A stretch of 64,000 nucleotides of DNA from an uncultured Actinomycetes bacterium (GCA_963716935.1 CAVQUN010000002.1:149830-213829); one strand, 5' to 3'; shown: positions 17,780 through 27,128, counted from the stretch's first letter. Numbers and translations: made by a program. The notes: generated by a model not told the origin, from the sequence alone.

Positions 17780-19306
17780 TCATGCCGTGCCGGGCGGCGG
17801 GAAGGAACCGTTCCCGATCACCTGACCGAGGTCCGGCCACGCCACCTGTGCCTCCGGTCGCCGCCCCTGGTCGGTCTGGCCGTCGCTCAGGTGGTAGACG
17901 AGCCGGCCACTCCCCGCTCCCTCGAGGGCGATGACGGCGACGCTCCCGCGGCCGGTGGGAACCATCACCGCGTGGAACACGCGGCCGTCGTCCGCGAGGA
18001 GCTCGATCGCCGTGATGGTGTCACCGACCTCTTCGGTGACGAACACCGCGGGGTTCCGGCCGTCGATGGCCTGGACGAGGAGCCCGTCACCCGGGGCGCG
18101 CTCGCAGGGGGCAAGGGTGGCGGTCGCCGCGGGCTCGACGCAGGTGGCGGCCCAGTATCCGTCCGCGGCCGTTGAGCGCTTGACGGTCCACGTCGTCCCG
18201 AAGGCCTGCACGGTCCCGACCCGAGCGGTGTTGACGAGGGGCGGGAGGTTGGATCCCAAGACGCTGCCGTCGGGTCCGATCGCCGTGACCTCGGAGGGTC
18301 CCCCCGTCGGCTGCGGCTCGAACACGTACGCGTCGAACGCGGCATGGAGGCTCGGCGGCAGATCGATGAGCCTCGCCCGGAGCGGGGTCTCGACGCCCGC
18401 ATGCCGGTACTCCACCGCCGTGGCGTCCTCCGTCACGGCGCCGAACGTGCCTCCCTCGATCGGGTTCGGTTGTGGGACCCCGACGTCCGAGATCTCGTCA
18501 CCACCGATGCCGGTCGGACCGACCTGGATCAATGAGAGCTCGACGTTCTTCGTCGAGGGGAGCGCCTCGAGGAGGCTGGCCGAGCCCGAGTCCCGCCAGC
18601 CGTCGAGGACGTACCGAGGGCTTCGCTCTCTGCCGTAGAAGCTGAGGCGATCGTTCCACGCCATCGAACGCCAGATCTGGTCGGCGGTGGCTCGCTCTGC
18701 CTCGGTCACGTCCGCGCCGACCGTCATCACGCTCGTGAAGGCAGCCGACCCGACCGTCCCCGTCGAGGATCTCGCCACGTTCCCACCGCACAGATCGGCC
18801 GCGCTCCCCTCGCCGTCGCCGACCATCACGAAGATCGCGACCCCGCCGAATGGCAGACGTGTCGGCTCGTCGCCGCGCCTGACGGCGCAGACGGGCGTGG
18901 ACAGCCCTGGGTCGAAGTTGGTCACCTCTAGCAGGGCGATCGCGTGGGTGTCCAAGGATGTGCCGTCGGGGTTCCAGTCGCCCCAGTAGTCGACGAGGAA
19001 CCAGTCGCTGGGGCTCGTGACGGTGAGGCCGCCGATCGTCGCGGTGCGCTCGAACACGGGCCGAGTACCGGGCGGGACCGGTCCCTGCGTCGGCTCCTCG
19101 GCCGGCTTGGGCGGCGTCTCCGTGAGCCAGCGCACCCCGATCGAGCCCGTGGCCACGATCGCCGCGACGATCACGACGACGGCCGCCAGCGAGACCGAGC
19201 GGTGGCGCCGAGCCCGCTTGACCGGACGCCGCGGGTCGGGCGACGTGACGTCGATCTCGTTGGCCATCCGGTGGAGGAAGTCGCGCACCTGCGTGTCGTT
19301 GGTCAT
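17780..19306 (-). CDS. Single-pass membrane protein, putative anti-sigma/sensor
   Basis: Short cytoplasmic N-terminus, RARRHR plus TM segment, large extracytoplasmic domain; start overlaps the ECF sigma stop. Confidence 0.7.
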   Translation of the reverse strand: MTNDTQVRDFLHRMANEIDVTSPDPRRPVKRARRHRSVSLAAVVVIVAAIVATGSIGVRWLTETPPKPAEEPTQGPVPPGTRPVFERTATIGGLTVTSPSDWFLVDYWGDWNPDGTSLDTHAIALLEVTNFDPGLSTPVCAVRRGDEPTRLPFGGVAIFVMVGDGEGSAADLCGGNVARSSTGTVGSAAFTSVMTVGADVTEAERATADQIWRSMAWNDRLSFYGRERSPRYVLDGWRDSGSASLLEALPSTKNVELSLIQVGPTGIGGDEISDVGVPQPNPIEGGTFGAVTEDATAVEYRHAGVETPLRARLIDLPPSLHAAFDAYVFEPQPTGGPSEVTAIGPDGSVLGSNLPPLVNTARVGTVQAFGTTWTVKRSTAADGYWAATCVEPAATATLAPCERAPGDGLLVQAIDGRNPAVFVTEEVGDTITAIELLADDGRVFHAVMVPTGRGSVAVIALEGAGSGRLVYHLSDGQTDQGRRPEAQVAWPDLGQVIGNGSFPPPGTA

Positions 19307-19818
19307 CGGCTCACCTCGGGACTCTCGCGGAGCGCTTGCAGACCGCGCGAGACCAACGAGCGCACCGTGGCGGGTCGGCAACGGAGCACGTCGGCGATCT
19401 GGGATTCGGGCAGATCCTCGTAGTAGCGAAGGACGATCGCGGCCCGCTGGCGGACCGGCAGGCCGAGGAGCGCTTGCCGCATCGTCTCGAACTCGGAGAC
19501 GTCGCGTTCCTCGTGGACCTGCTGTGGCTGGCGGGCTTGGCGTTCGAGATCGGAGCGTTCGATCGCCCGGCGACGGAAATGGTTCTTCGACAGGTTGATG
19601 ACCGTGCGCCGCAGGTAGGCCTCGAAGGCGCCGGGATCGCGCAGCGAGTGGAGCCGACCCACGAACCGGACGAACGCGTCCTGGACCAGATCCTCGGCCA
19701 CCACCCGATCGCCGGTCATCAGGTACGCCAGGCGGATACCCCCCGGCGCGAAGCGGACGTACATCTCTTCGAGCGGGTCCCCGGAGACGTCCGCGTCTCT
19801 ACCCATCGGGGTCACCAT
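19303..19818 (-). CDS. ECF RNA polymerase sigma factor (actinobacterial SigE-like family)
   Basis: AEDLVQDAF, YLRRTVIN, LPVRQRAAIVLRYYEDL, TVRSLVSRGL. Confidence 0.92.
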   Translation of the reverse strand: MVTPMGRDADVSGDPLEEMYVRFAPGGIRLAYLMTGDRVVAEDLVQDAFVRFVGRLHSLRDPGAFEAYLRRTVINLSKNHFRRRAIERSDLERQARQPQQVHEERDVSEFETMRQALLGLPVRQRAAIVLRYYEDLPESQIADVLRCRPATVRSLVSRGLQALRESPEVSR

Positions 19819-19954
19819 CGTGCCCCGTTCCCCACCCACGCAACTAGGACACGCGAGGGTGGAGATCCGTGGCAGCATCTTGACTCGGGGCGCGATAAGA
19901 CCGATGGCTGTTCCCGACGGTCGTGCGCGGTCCGGAATCGGCGAAGATGCACCG

Positions 19955-21112
19955 ATGCGGGTGGAGCCGTTCTCGATCGCGGTCGACCCGGCTGCGCTGG
20001 AGGATCTCCTCGCACGCATCCGGCGGACTCGACTTCCAGAACCGGCGCCGGGCGAGCCGTGGGAGCAGGGAACCGATCGCGAGTATCTGAGCGACCTCCT
20101 TGCCTACTGGGTGGAGGAGTTCGACTGGCCCGCCCAGGAGCGCCACCTCAACCGCTTCGCGCATTTTCGGGCGGAGATCGATGGAACGCGTGTGCATTTC
20201 GTTCACGAGCGTGCGGCACATGGCGATGGGGTTCCGCTCCTTCTCGGCCACGGCTGGCCGAGCGCGTTCGTCGAGCTCCTACCGCTCGTCCCGCTCCTGA
20301 CCGACCCGGAGGCGAACGGGATCGAGGGGCCGGCATTCGATCTGGTCATCCCGTCCCTGCCCGGCTACGGCTTCTCCGAGCGACCCGGTCGCCGCCTGGT
20401 GTACCGCGACGTCGCCCGCCTGTTCGGGCGGCTGATGGGTGGCCTCGGCTACACGCGGTACGGGGCCGGCGGCGGGGACTTCGGCGCGGGCGTCGCCACG
20501 TTCATGGCACTGGACGAGCCGCAACCGCTGATCGGATTGCATCTCACGAACCTGGAGCTGTCTCCGTACCTCGGTTCGGGTTCGCGGCCCCTCTCCGACG
20601 CCGAGCGGCGGTACCTGCAACAGGCCGACCAGTGGGATGCGACCGAACGTGGCTACACGGCGATCCAGTCGACCAAGCCGCAGACCCTCAGCTACGCGCT
20701 CACGGATTCGCCGGCGGGGCTGGCTGCCTGGATCCTCGAGAAGTGGCGCTCGTGGAGCGATAGCGGCGGGGAGGTCGAATCGAGATTCTCTCGCGACTTC
20801 TTGTTGACCATTCTCACGATGTACTGGGTGACCGGGACCATCGGTCCATCCATGCGGGACTACTTCGACAACAGGCGATGGCAAGGGGAGCCCCGGCTCG
20901 GCCCCGGCGACCGTGTTCGAGTACCGACCGCGGTGGCCGTGTTCCCTCACATGTTCGTGCCCGAGGGCGAACCCCCACGAGAGTGGGCCGAGCGCCTCTA
21001 CGACATCCGACGTTGGACCCGGATGTCGAGCGGAGGACATTTCGCCCCCTCCGAGGAGCCTGAGCTCGTCGCTCGGGACATCGCGGAGTTCTTTGCGACG
21101 CTGGATCTATGA
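19955..21112 (+). CDS. Epoxide hydrolase (EHN domain plus alpha/beta hydrolase)
   Basis: HGWP, SLPGYGFS, GGDFG nucleophile elbow, DSPAGLAAWI, GGHFA. Confidence 0.92.
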   Translation: MRVEPFSIAVDPAALEDLLARIRRTRLPEPAPGEPWEQGTDREYLSDLLAYWVEEFDWPAQERHLNRFAHFRAEIDGTRVHFVHERAAHGDGVPLLLGHGWPSAFVELLPLVPLLTDPEANGIEGPAFDLVIPSLPGYGFSERPGRRLVYRDVARLFGRLMGGLGYTRYGAGGGDFGAGVATFMALDEPQPLIGLHLTNLELSPYLGSGSRPLSDAERRYLQQADQWDATERGYTAIQSTKPQTLSYALTDSPAGLAAWILEKWRSWSDSGGEVESRFSRDFLLTILTMYWVTGTIGPSMRDYFDNRRWQGEPRLGPGDRVRVPTAVAVFPHMFVPEGEPPREWAERLYDIRRWTRMSSGGHFAPSEEPELVARDIAEFFATLDL

Positions 21113-21144
21113 GGGCTGCCGTCGCACATCCATCGGATACGGCA

Positions 21145-21183
21145 GGTACTCCCGAGACCCGATTGTCGAGTCTCGGGAGTACC
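21145..21183. terminator. Bidirectional terminator hairpin between convergent genes
   Basis: 14-bp stem GGTACTCCCGAGAC/GTCTCGGGAGTACC. Confidence 0.75.
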
Positions 21184-21200
21184 GACGTTGCATGCGTTCG

Positions 21201-21641
21201 TCAGTGGTCGATGCTTTGCCGAGGGATCAGTCCCTGGTTGACGAGGCGCTTGATGAGGAACGAGTCGCCGTCGAGCGTCTCGGCGGGAACCTGTCCGCTC
21301 GCCACCGCCGCCATCAGCGCGCGGTCCTGCGCCGTGTAGAGCGAACCGACGCTCCTCGGCTCGAGCGTCTCGGCGGGCACGACGCCGGCGTTCACGAGCT
21401 GCTCCGTGGTGCTCGGCTCGAGGGTCTCCGCCGGCACGACCCCCGCGTTGACGAGCTGCTCCATCGTGGTGCTGCTCGCGGTCGCGGTCGACTCGGCACC
21501 GGTCACCTGACCCCCGGAGCCGCCGAGGCTCGCGTACGCGGCGAAGGCGGCGGCCACGACCACGACCACGACGCCCACCCAGAGCCAGGCCCGCGGGGCG
21601 TGGGCCCTGGGAAGGTGCAGCGTTCCCTGACTGGCGCTCAT
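21201..21641 (-). CDS. Membrane-anchored hypothetical protein with internal repeats
   Basis: TM segment, then EQLVNAGVVPAETLEP twice plus two degenerate copies; RBS GGAGG. Confidence 0.75.
   Translation of the reverse strand: MSASQGTLHLPRAHAPRAWLWVGVVVVVVAAAFAAYASLGGSGGQVTGAESTATASSTTMEQLVNAGVVPAETLEPSTTEQLVNAGVVPAETLEPRSVGSLYTAQDRALMAAVASGQVPAETLDGDSFLIKRLVNQGLIPRQSIDH
21357..21470 (-). repeat. 57-bp coding tandem repeat (2 copies)
   Basis: Copies start at 21357 and 21414 and differ mainly at synonymous positions. Confidence 0.8.
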
Positions 21642-21819
21642 CGCGTCCTCCTTCCATCGGGTCCGCCGAACCTACGTCCGAGCGCGACGCCCGTCGGTGC
21701 GCGCCGTCACCGGGGGTCCGTGATCCCTCGCACCGCCGGCTGGTGAAGGTGACCGGGTTGGGACGAAGGACCCCGCACAGGAGATGCGCGGCCCCGACGG
21801 GTTGCGGTACAGTCGGCTC

Positions 21820-21903
21820 GCCGAGCCAGATGACTCGCCGCGAGGTTGAGGGAAAGCTTGGTGCCGAGCCCCGGGGGGCGAGGAGGCTTCCCGGGGCTCC
21901 TTT
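21820..21903 (+). ncRNA. Candidate small RNA
   Basis: -10-like TACAGT (21808-21813); stem GCCGAGC/GCTTGGT enclosing CTCG/CGAG; 14-bp terminator stem (21866-21899) with GAGGAG loop followed by CTTT. Confidence 0.4.
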
Positions 21904-22008
21904 CATCCGACGACCTCCCGTCCGACTCAGTGTCGCGAACGCGAGCCCGGGTTCGTGTGTCGCAACTGCAAGTAGACTGCCAGGCCGGTCCGGCGAGTTG
22001 GGCCGAGC

Positions 22009-22079
22009 GGCGGGGTGGCCGAGTGGTTAGGCAAGGGTCTGCAAAACCCTGTACACCGGTTCAATTCCGGTCCCCGCCT
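22009..22079 (+). tRNA. tRNA-Cys (GCA)
   Basis: Acceptor GGCGGGG/CCCCGCC, anticodon arm AGGGT-CTGCAAA-ACCCT, GGTTCAATTCC T-arm. Confidence 0.96.
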
Positions 22080-22105
22080 CGAGACCGGGTAGCATGCCGG
22101 TCCTC

Positions 22106-22180
22106 GGGCGCTTAGCTCAGGGGTAGAGCGCTTCCTTGACGCGGAAGAGGCCAGAGGTTCAAATCCTCTAGCGCCCACCA
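22106..22180 (+). tRNA. tRNA-Val (GAC)
   Basis: Acceptor GGGCGCT/AGCGCCC, anticodon arm CTTCC-TTGACGC-GGAAG, encoded CCA. Confidence 0.96.
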
Positions 22181-22329
22181 AAGCTGCAGGTCAAGGGTCC
22201 TTTTCGTCGGCCGTCGGCCTCTTCCTCGGCACAGAAGAGCGCTTGTCGGAGCGCTCGGACGTGCAAACGCGCAGGCCAGGCCGTGTGCGGATCTAGCGAG
22301 TCGCGTGCTGCGTCAAGCTCTGAGGGCGG

Positions 22330-22351
22330 AGAAGTTGACGAGAAGTTGACA
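22330..22351 (+). repeat. Putative integrase arm-type sites, left end
   Basis: AGAAGTTGACG-AGAAGTTGACA, 11-bp period. Confidence 0.7.
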
Positions 22352-22398
22352 CGCTGAGTTGGCGTCCGCGGTAAGCCTTCGTCCGTCCGGCTCCGTCT

Positions 22399-22928
22399 AT
22401 GGTCGGGATGGTCATCTCGCAGACGGAGGCGCGGCTGAGCCGGGAGACGACGAACGCAAACGTGAGGTCCGATGCCGCCGGGTGGCTCGTTCTTCGAGGC
22501 GCATGCCGGCGCGATGTACCGCACGATCCTCGCGTACACGGGCGGGCGGGGCGATCGCCGAAGAGGCGGTAGGCGAGGCGTTCTCTCGGGCCGCGACTAC
22601 CACTGCACGGCTGCGGGATCCCGTGGCCTGGCTGTACCGGGTAGCTTTCAACGTCGCCAACGACGAGCTCCGCCGTGAGCGCCGCGAAGGCATCGGCGTC
22701 CGCGACACGGTTCAGGAGCCGCCTGACCTGAGCGAGGTCCTCGAGGCACTGAAGCGACTCCCGCCACGCGAGCGCGCCGTCATGGCCCTCTTCTACATCC
22801 TGGACCTGCCAGTGCGAGAGGTGGGCTCCCGGCTCGGGATCTCGGGCGCCACGGTGCGGGTCCATCTCACTCGCGGCCGCCGGCACCTGGCCGCGCTGCT
22901 GGGCGACGAGGAGGAGACCGACCGATGA
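22399..22928 (+). pseudogene. Frameshifted ECF sigma factor
   Basis: FFEAHAGAMYRTILAYTGGR (frame of 22472) continues as AIAEEAVGEAF..PVAWLYRVAFN..LPPRERAV..TVRVHLTRGR in another frame, shifting near 22550. A second shift near 22485 is possible. Confidence 0.75.
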
Positions 22929-23899
22929 CAGGACGGTGGGAACGGCAGCTGCATCGTCTCCGCGAGGCCCCAGTGCCTCTCGATCGCGTGCGCGAGCGGG
23001 CGCAGCAGCCACCGCGACCGAGCTCGCCGCTGCCGCCGACGCGCGAACGGGTCATCGCGGGGGTCGTTGCGATCGCCGTCTTCGTCGCGGTGGCCGCCTT
23101 CGCTTGGCGCGCGTTCACCACAACAGGTGACGACACGGCCCCGCTCGGGCCACCGCCGGCGCTACCGGCGTCGCCGTTCTCGCTTTGGCTGAGCGCCGAG
23201 CGGGTGCCGCCCGGCCCGGTCGATCTCGTAGCGCTCCTCGTCAACCACGAGGGCGCCGACGCGATCTTCGGCGTCTTCGCAACGGTCGACCGTTGGAACG
23301 GGGACGAGTGGGAACCGTACGGCGAGCTCGTGATGTGCATGGATCACTGGCACTGCACGGCACGCATCCAGCCGCCCGGGGAGATCGACGGCGTTCCTGC
23401 CCTCGGCCTGAGCGCCGAGCCCGAGAGGCCGGGCCCCGTGGAGCGATTCACCACCGGCGGTCTCGACGTCGGGTGGTACCGAATCTCGCAGGAGGCGAAC
23501 GAGGGGATCGTCGCGGCCGCGGTGGTTGAGATCGCCGAGGGCGTCCCCGCCCCGGTGCCCCTCGTCTCCATCGATGCACCCGCCATCTCGGTGGCTCCTG
23601 CCCTGGTATCGCCCGCTGGCGGCGAGATCTACCTCTATCCGTTGATTCCGACCCCAACGGGGGCACAGTCGCGCGAGGATGTGTTGCAGGCGATTCGTGG
23701 GCTGTCCGAGGTCGCGCGGATCGAGCGGTGGGACGGTTCGACGTGGGAGCCCGCGGGGGAGATCCAGCTCATCGCGGCAGCCGACGACCTCGCGCGTACC
23801 GCCGAACTCCCGCCGCTTCCTGAGGGCGAGTACAGGCTCGTCCGCGGCGGCCCGGATGAACGGCACACCGGCAACTTCTGGGTCGCCAACACGACGTAG
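22925..23899 (+). CDS. Single-pass membrane protein, putative anti-sigma/sensor
   Basis: Overlaps the sigma stop (ATGA); cytoplasmic N-terminus, TM segment, extracytoplasmic domain containing CMDHWHC. Confidence 0.7.
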   Translation: MTGRWERQLHRLREAPVPLDRVRERAQQPPRPSSPLPPTRERVIAGVVAIAVFVAVAAFAWRAFTTTGDDTAPLGPPPALPASPFSLWLSAERVPPGPVDLVALLVNHEGADAIFGVFATVDRWNGDEWEPYGELVMCMDHWHCTARIQPPGEIDGVPALGLSAEPERPGPVERFTTGGLDVGWYRISQEANEGIVAAAVVEIAEGVPAPVPLVSIDAPAISVAPALVSPAGGEIYLYPLIPTPTGAQSREDVLQAIRGLSEVARIERWDGSTWEPAGEIQLIAAADDLARTAELPPLPEGEYRLVRGGPDERHTGNFWVANTT

Positions 23900-23992
23900 G
23901 AGGTTCTCGCGAACGCCAAGTGAAACGGTCGCGCCCGAGCTTGCCGGCTCCACGATTTCCGCTAACAACCGGATATCGAGCGCGGTATGCCG

Positions 23993-24850
23993 TTACCAGC
24001 GCTCCCGCATCCCCGTGGGTCGAGGGTTCACCCGGTCCGACCAGAGATCGAACCGGAGATCGACTGACGAGGGGAGCGCCTCGAGCCGTTGATCGGCCAG
24101 GATGGCCTCGACGCACCGAGCCGATCCGCCGACGTACGTCGAGTAGCCGTCGATCTCGGTCGCGACGCACCACGCTCGATCGTTAGACCACCACAGGTTC
24201 GGCGCCTGGCCCAATCCGTTGAACTCGAGCCCGGATGCCGCGTCGATCGAGCCGCGGAAGATGAAGTAGCTGCGCATGGCCCCACCCTCCGGTGAAGGGT
24301 GGATCGCGAGCTTGGGGACGGCATCCAGCTGCGCGGCGGCGCGGCGCGCGCGTTCGAGCTCCGCGCGCTCTCGCGCTCGCACGATGGCCGGGTCTTCGTC
24401 CGGCGACCAGGACAACGAGACGCCGCCACCGAAGAAGCCGTAGCCCTCCCACACGGCGAACCAGCACACCGACGGCGTCGCCGTGAACGTCCAGAGTACC
24501 TCGACGAGCGCTTTGAGTTGCTCACTGGGGAGATCGCCCTCGAGCGGCGATTCGAGACCGGGCACGCCGCTGATGTCCAGGACGCCGACGATGTGCTCCA
24601 GCTGCATCTCTGGATGGACGACGCGTTCGTTTCGTTCCGCGAGCTCGGACCAGCTACGTGGCTCCATGGCGTCGCCCTCGCGTGCGGGGTGGAAGACCCG
24701 GGCGTAGGCGTCGAATCCGGTCGGGATGATCTCGCCGACCCGGACGCCGAGGCGTCGGTCCTGCGGCAGCAGGCGCGGCTGGATCCAGTCCGCCGTCGAG
24801 AGGTCCGTGACGAGCTCGACCCCGGCGGGCACCTCGAACGGCAACTCCAT
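23993..24850 (-). CDS. Hypothetical protein
   Basis: Well-formed ORF with IPTGFDAYARVFHP, CWFAVWEGYG and PNLWW..DRAWCVATEID motifs. Confidence 0.75.
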   Translation of the reverse strand: MELPFEVPAGVELVTDLSTADWIQPRLLPQDRRLGVRVGEIIPTGFDAYARVFHPAREGDAMEPRSWSELAERNERVVHPEMQLEHIVGVLDISGVPGLESPLEGDLPSEQLKALVEVLWTFTATPSVCWFAVWEGYGFFGGGVSLSWSPDEDPAIVRARERAELERARRAAAQLDAVPKLAIHPSPEGGAMRSYFIFRGSIDAASGLEFNGLGQAPNLWWSNDRAWCVATEIDGYSTYVGGSARCVEAILADQRLEALPSSVDLRFDLWSDRVNPRPTGMRERW

Positions 24851-25041
24851 CGGCTACCGAGTGTGACCCGTCCTCGGCGCCAGGTCGAGTGGCGGTTGCG
24901 GCTACCCGCCGGAGGATACCCGGCGCTGGAAACCCGTAAGGGATCGACGTCCGGTGGATGGTGTACGCGTGGCGCCAAGGGTTCGATCACTTCCGGTGTG
25001 CGTGGCTCGGCACGAAGACTGAACGTGCCGTGCCTCCGGGA

Positions 25042-25908
25042 CTAAGGAGGAGGTTCGCTCCCCGTGATCAGCCGGAGGAGCCATCGAAGACGGTCCTCGG
25101 TTCCCACAAATGCGGGCTCGTTCTCGACACCCCACGAGTGATCGTCGACCCCAGACAAGGATCGGAGCTCAGGGTCGTCCATCGCCACGCCCGGCTGGCC
25201 AGGGTGATCGAATCCCGGCCAGACTGATGTCACGACGGCAGCGACCTCGGGAGCGGGATGCATGGGCCAGATCTGGGCAAGCTTCGGGAGGAACTCGTCC
25301 TTCGGTGGAAGCACGAGGGCGTTTCGCACACCCACCCCATCGTCGATCAGGGTCTGATACGCGAAGCACCCGACGTTGCCGGTGATCCGCACGCCGTCCG
25401 GCTCGATGAACTCCGCCGATTGGCTCGCCGGATAGCGGTTGACCCGGTAGGCGCCGATCCAGACGACCGAGTCGAGCAGGGGACGCCGTGTCATGTAGAG
25501 CTCATGGAAGTACCTCGCCGGAATCGTCGCGTGGTCGGTCTCCGGATACACCAGGGATCCCGTGAGAGCCGTCTTGGTCACCCACGTGGCCAAGATGAGA
25601 GCCTCGTCGTCCGTGAGAGGACGGGGTCCCGTCGACGTGATCATCGGCGTCAGGATCGGTGCAACCGCTTGCTCGAGGTCCGACATCCATCCGTTGTTGC
25701 ACAGTGCGCAGACCTTGCGCGCCTTGTGGTCGATCGTGTCGGTTCCCCACACGTTGTGCACATGCTCCCCGTGGTCGGATACACGCGTTGAGCTCCTGAT
25801 CGGGCCGAGGGTCTGGATGTGAGGCACTGTCCAGCGTGGGAACGTGTGCTCCAAGGTCACGGGCCGGCTCCCGCAGAAGACGCACGAACGAGGTTCCGTC
25901 GATGCCAC
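25042..25908 (-). CDS. HNH-like zinc-finger nuclease-domain protein
   Basis: CVFC....TLEHTFPRW ... VCALCNNGWMS.LE N-terminal signature; putative leaderless start (TACGGT-N6-GTG). Confidence 0.7.
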   Translation of the reverse strand: MASTEPRSCVFCGSRPVTLEHTFPRWTVPHIQTLGPIRSSTRVSDHGEHVHNVWGTDTIDHKARKVCALCNNGWMSDLEQAVAPILTPMITSTGPRPLTDDEALILATWVTKTALTGSLVYPETDHATIPARYFHELYMTRRPLLDSVVWIGAYRVNRYPASQSAEFIEPDGVRITGNVGCFAYQTLIDDGVGVRNALVLPPKDEFLPKLAQIWPMHPAPEVAAVVTSVWPGFDHPGQPGVAMDDPELRSLSGVDDHSWGVENEPAFVGTEDRLRWLLRLITGSEPPP

Positions 25909-26010
25909 GGAGTCACCGTACCGGGGCCAAAGGGAAGTTCAACACGCGGTTGGGCTTGGGGACTGCAGGAGGTTGATTCGATCAGTCAAGGCGGATTCGC
26001 CCAACAGCGC

Positions 26011-26032
26011 GTTGACGGAAAGTTGACGGAAG
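26011..26032 (+). repeat. Putative integrase arm-type sites, right end
   Basis: GTTGACGGAAA-GTTGACGGAAG, same core and 11-bp period as the left pair. Confidence 0.7.
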
Positions 26033-26145
26033 GGCGCGACGAGAGGGTGGTCACAGGAATCGAGGGAACGGGGGAGAATGGCCCTGACCAGCAGCTTCAC
26101 CGAGCCAGGGCCATGACCAGCGGCGCTGAGGAGCACCCGGTCATG

Positions 26146-26190
26146 CTTGACGCGGAAGAGGCCAGAGGTTCAAATCCTCTAGCGCCCACC
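26146..26190 (+). repeat. attR-like duplicate of the tRNA-Val(GAC) 3' half
   Basis: CTTGACGCGGAAGAGGCCAGAGGTTCAAATCCTCTAGCGCCCACC, identical to 22135-22179. Confidence 0.92.
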
Positions 26191-26468
26191 GAAAAGCCCA
26201 GGTCAGAACCCCTCATCGGGGACTCCTTGCCAGGATGCGCCGCCTGCTCGGCGACAGCTTGGAAGGAGGAGTCGGAAACACTCGTTCGCACCGCCCTGTG
26301 ACAGTCAGTTTCGATGCTCCTCCGCAACTTCCTGGGCGAGGCCTTGCGCACGAGACGCGGACGTCTGCGGCGCCGGCGCTCGCGGAGACGGACGCGCTCC
26401 TTCAGGAGGCGACGGCGCTCAGCTCGTAAGGGCGATCGGATCCGCGACCAAAGACCGAGGGAACTCCG

Positions 26469-27128
26469 TCACTCGATCTTGTTCTTCACGTCGACCCCGC
26501 CGAAGATCGCCGTGGCGTGGACGTTCAGCGTCGGCGCGTCCTCGGGGAGCGATCCGTCGGCCTCGGTCTTGTCCTCGCAGCCGCCGAGGATCGGCATGCC
26601 GCCGAGCTCGACCCTCCATCCCTTCGGGACCAGGACGTCCACCCCGCCGAACACGGCGAGCGCGTCGACCGAGGCTTGCTGGTCGACGTGGGCCTCGCGC
26701 AGGTCGAGCGTGGCGCCGCCGAAGATGGCGGACACGTCCGCGTGCGTGAAGTGCTCGGAGCGATCCTTGACCTTCGTGCCTCCGAACATCGCGAGCGCAT
26801 TCTCGTGATGCCCAACCTCGACGCGCCGTCGCCACAGGCCCGACAGCACGACGACGCCGATGAGGACGAGCAGCACGGGGCCGAAGAGGTCCTCGTTCGT
26901 CCACCCCTGCTGGTCCGCAAGCAGCAGGAATCCGATGCACACGACGATCCCGGGCCCGAGCGAGACCCTGCGGTCGACCAGCATCCCGATCAGCCCGAGG
27001 CCGATGATGGCGACGGGCCACCACGAGTCGATCCACGCGCTCGACTCGAGCGTCCCGGTGGCGTCCAAGATCCCGAAGACGCCCAGCGTCAGCAACACCA
27101 GTCCGATCCACAGCCGGATAGGCTTCAT
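26469..27128 (-). CDS. LiaF-like cell-envelope stress membrane protein
   Basis: Four TM helices with WWP, followed by a beta-rich domain with repeated A.FGG motifs. Confidence 0.8.
   Translation of the reverse strand: MKPIRLWIGLVLLTLGVFGILDATGTLESSAWIDSWWPVAIIGLGLIGMLVDRRVSLGPGIVVCIGFLLLADQQGWTNEDLFGPVLLVLIGVVVLSGLWRRRVEVGHHENALAMFGGTKVKDRSEHFTHADVSAIFGGATLDLREAHVDQQASVDALAVFGGVDVLVPKGWRVELGGMPILGGCEDKTEADGSLPEDAPTLNVHATAIFGGVDVKNKIE

Larger units (their letters stand above)
22135..26190. mobile_element. 4-kb tRNA-Val-integrated genomic islet without an integrase
   Basis: Exact 45-bp direct repeat of the tRNA 3' half at 22135-22179 and 26146-26190; arm-like repeats inside both ends. Confidence 0.85.

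Noticed and set aside
24940-25000. tRNA-like GGTTCGAT motif
   Set aside because: No cloverleaf or acceptor stem could be formed.
26146-26190. Second tRNA-Val gene
   Set aside because: Only the 3' half is present, with no D-arm or 5' acceptor strand, so it is treated as attR.
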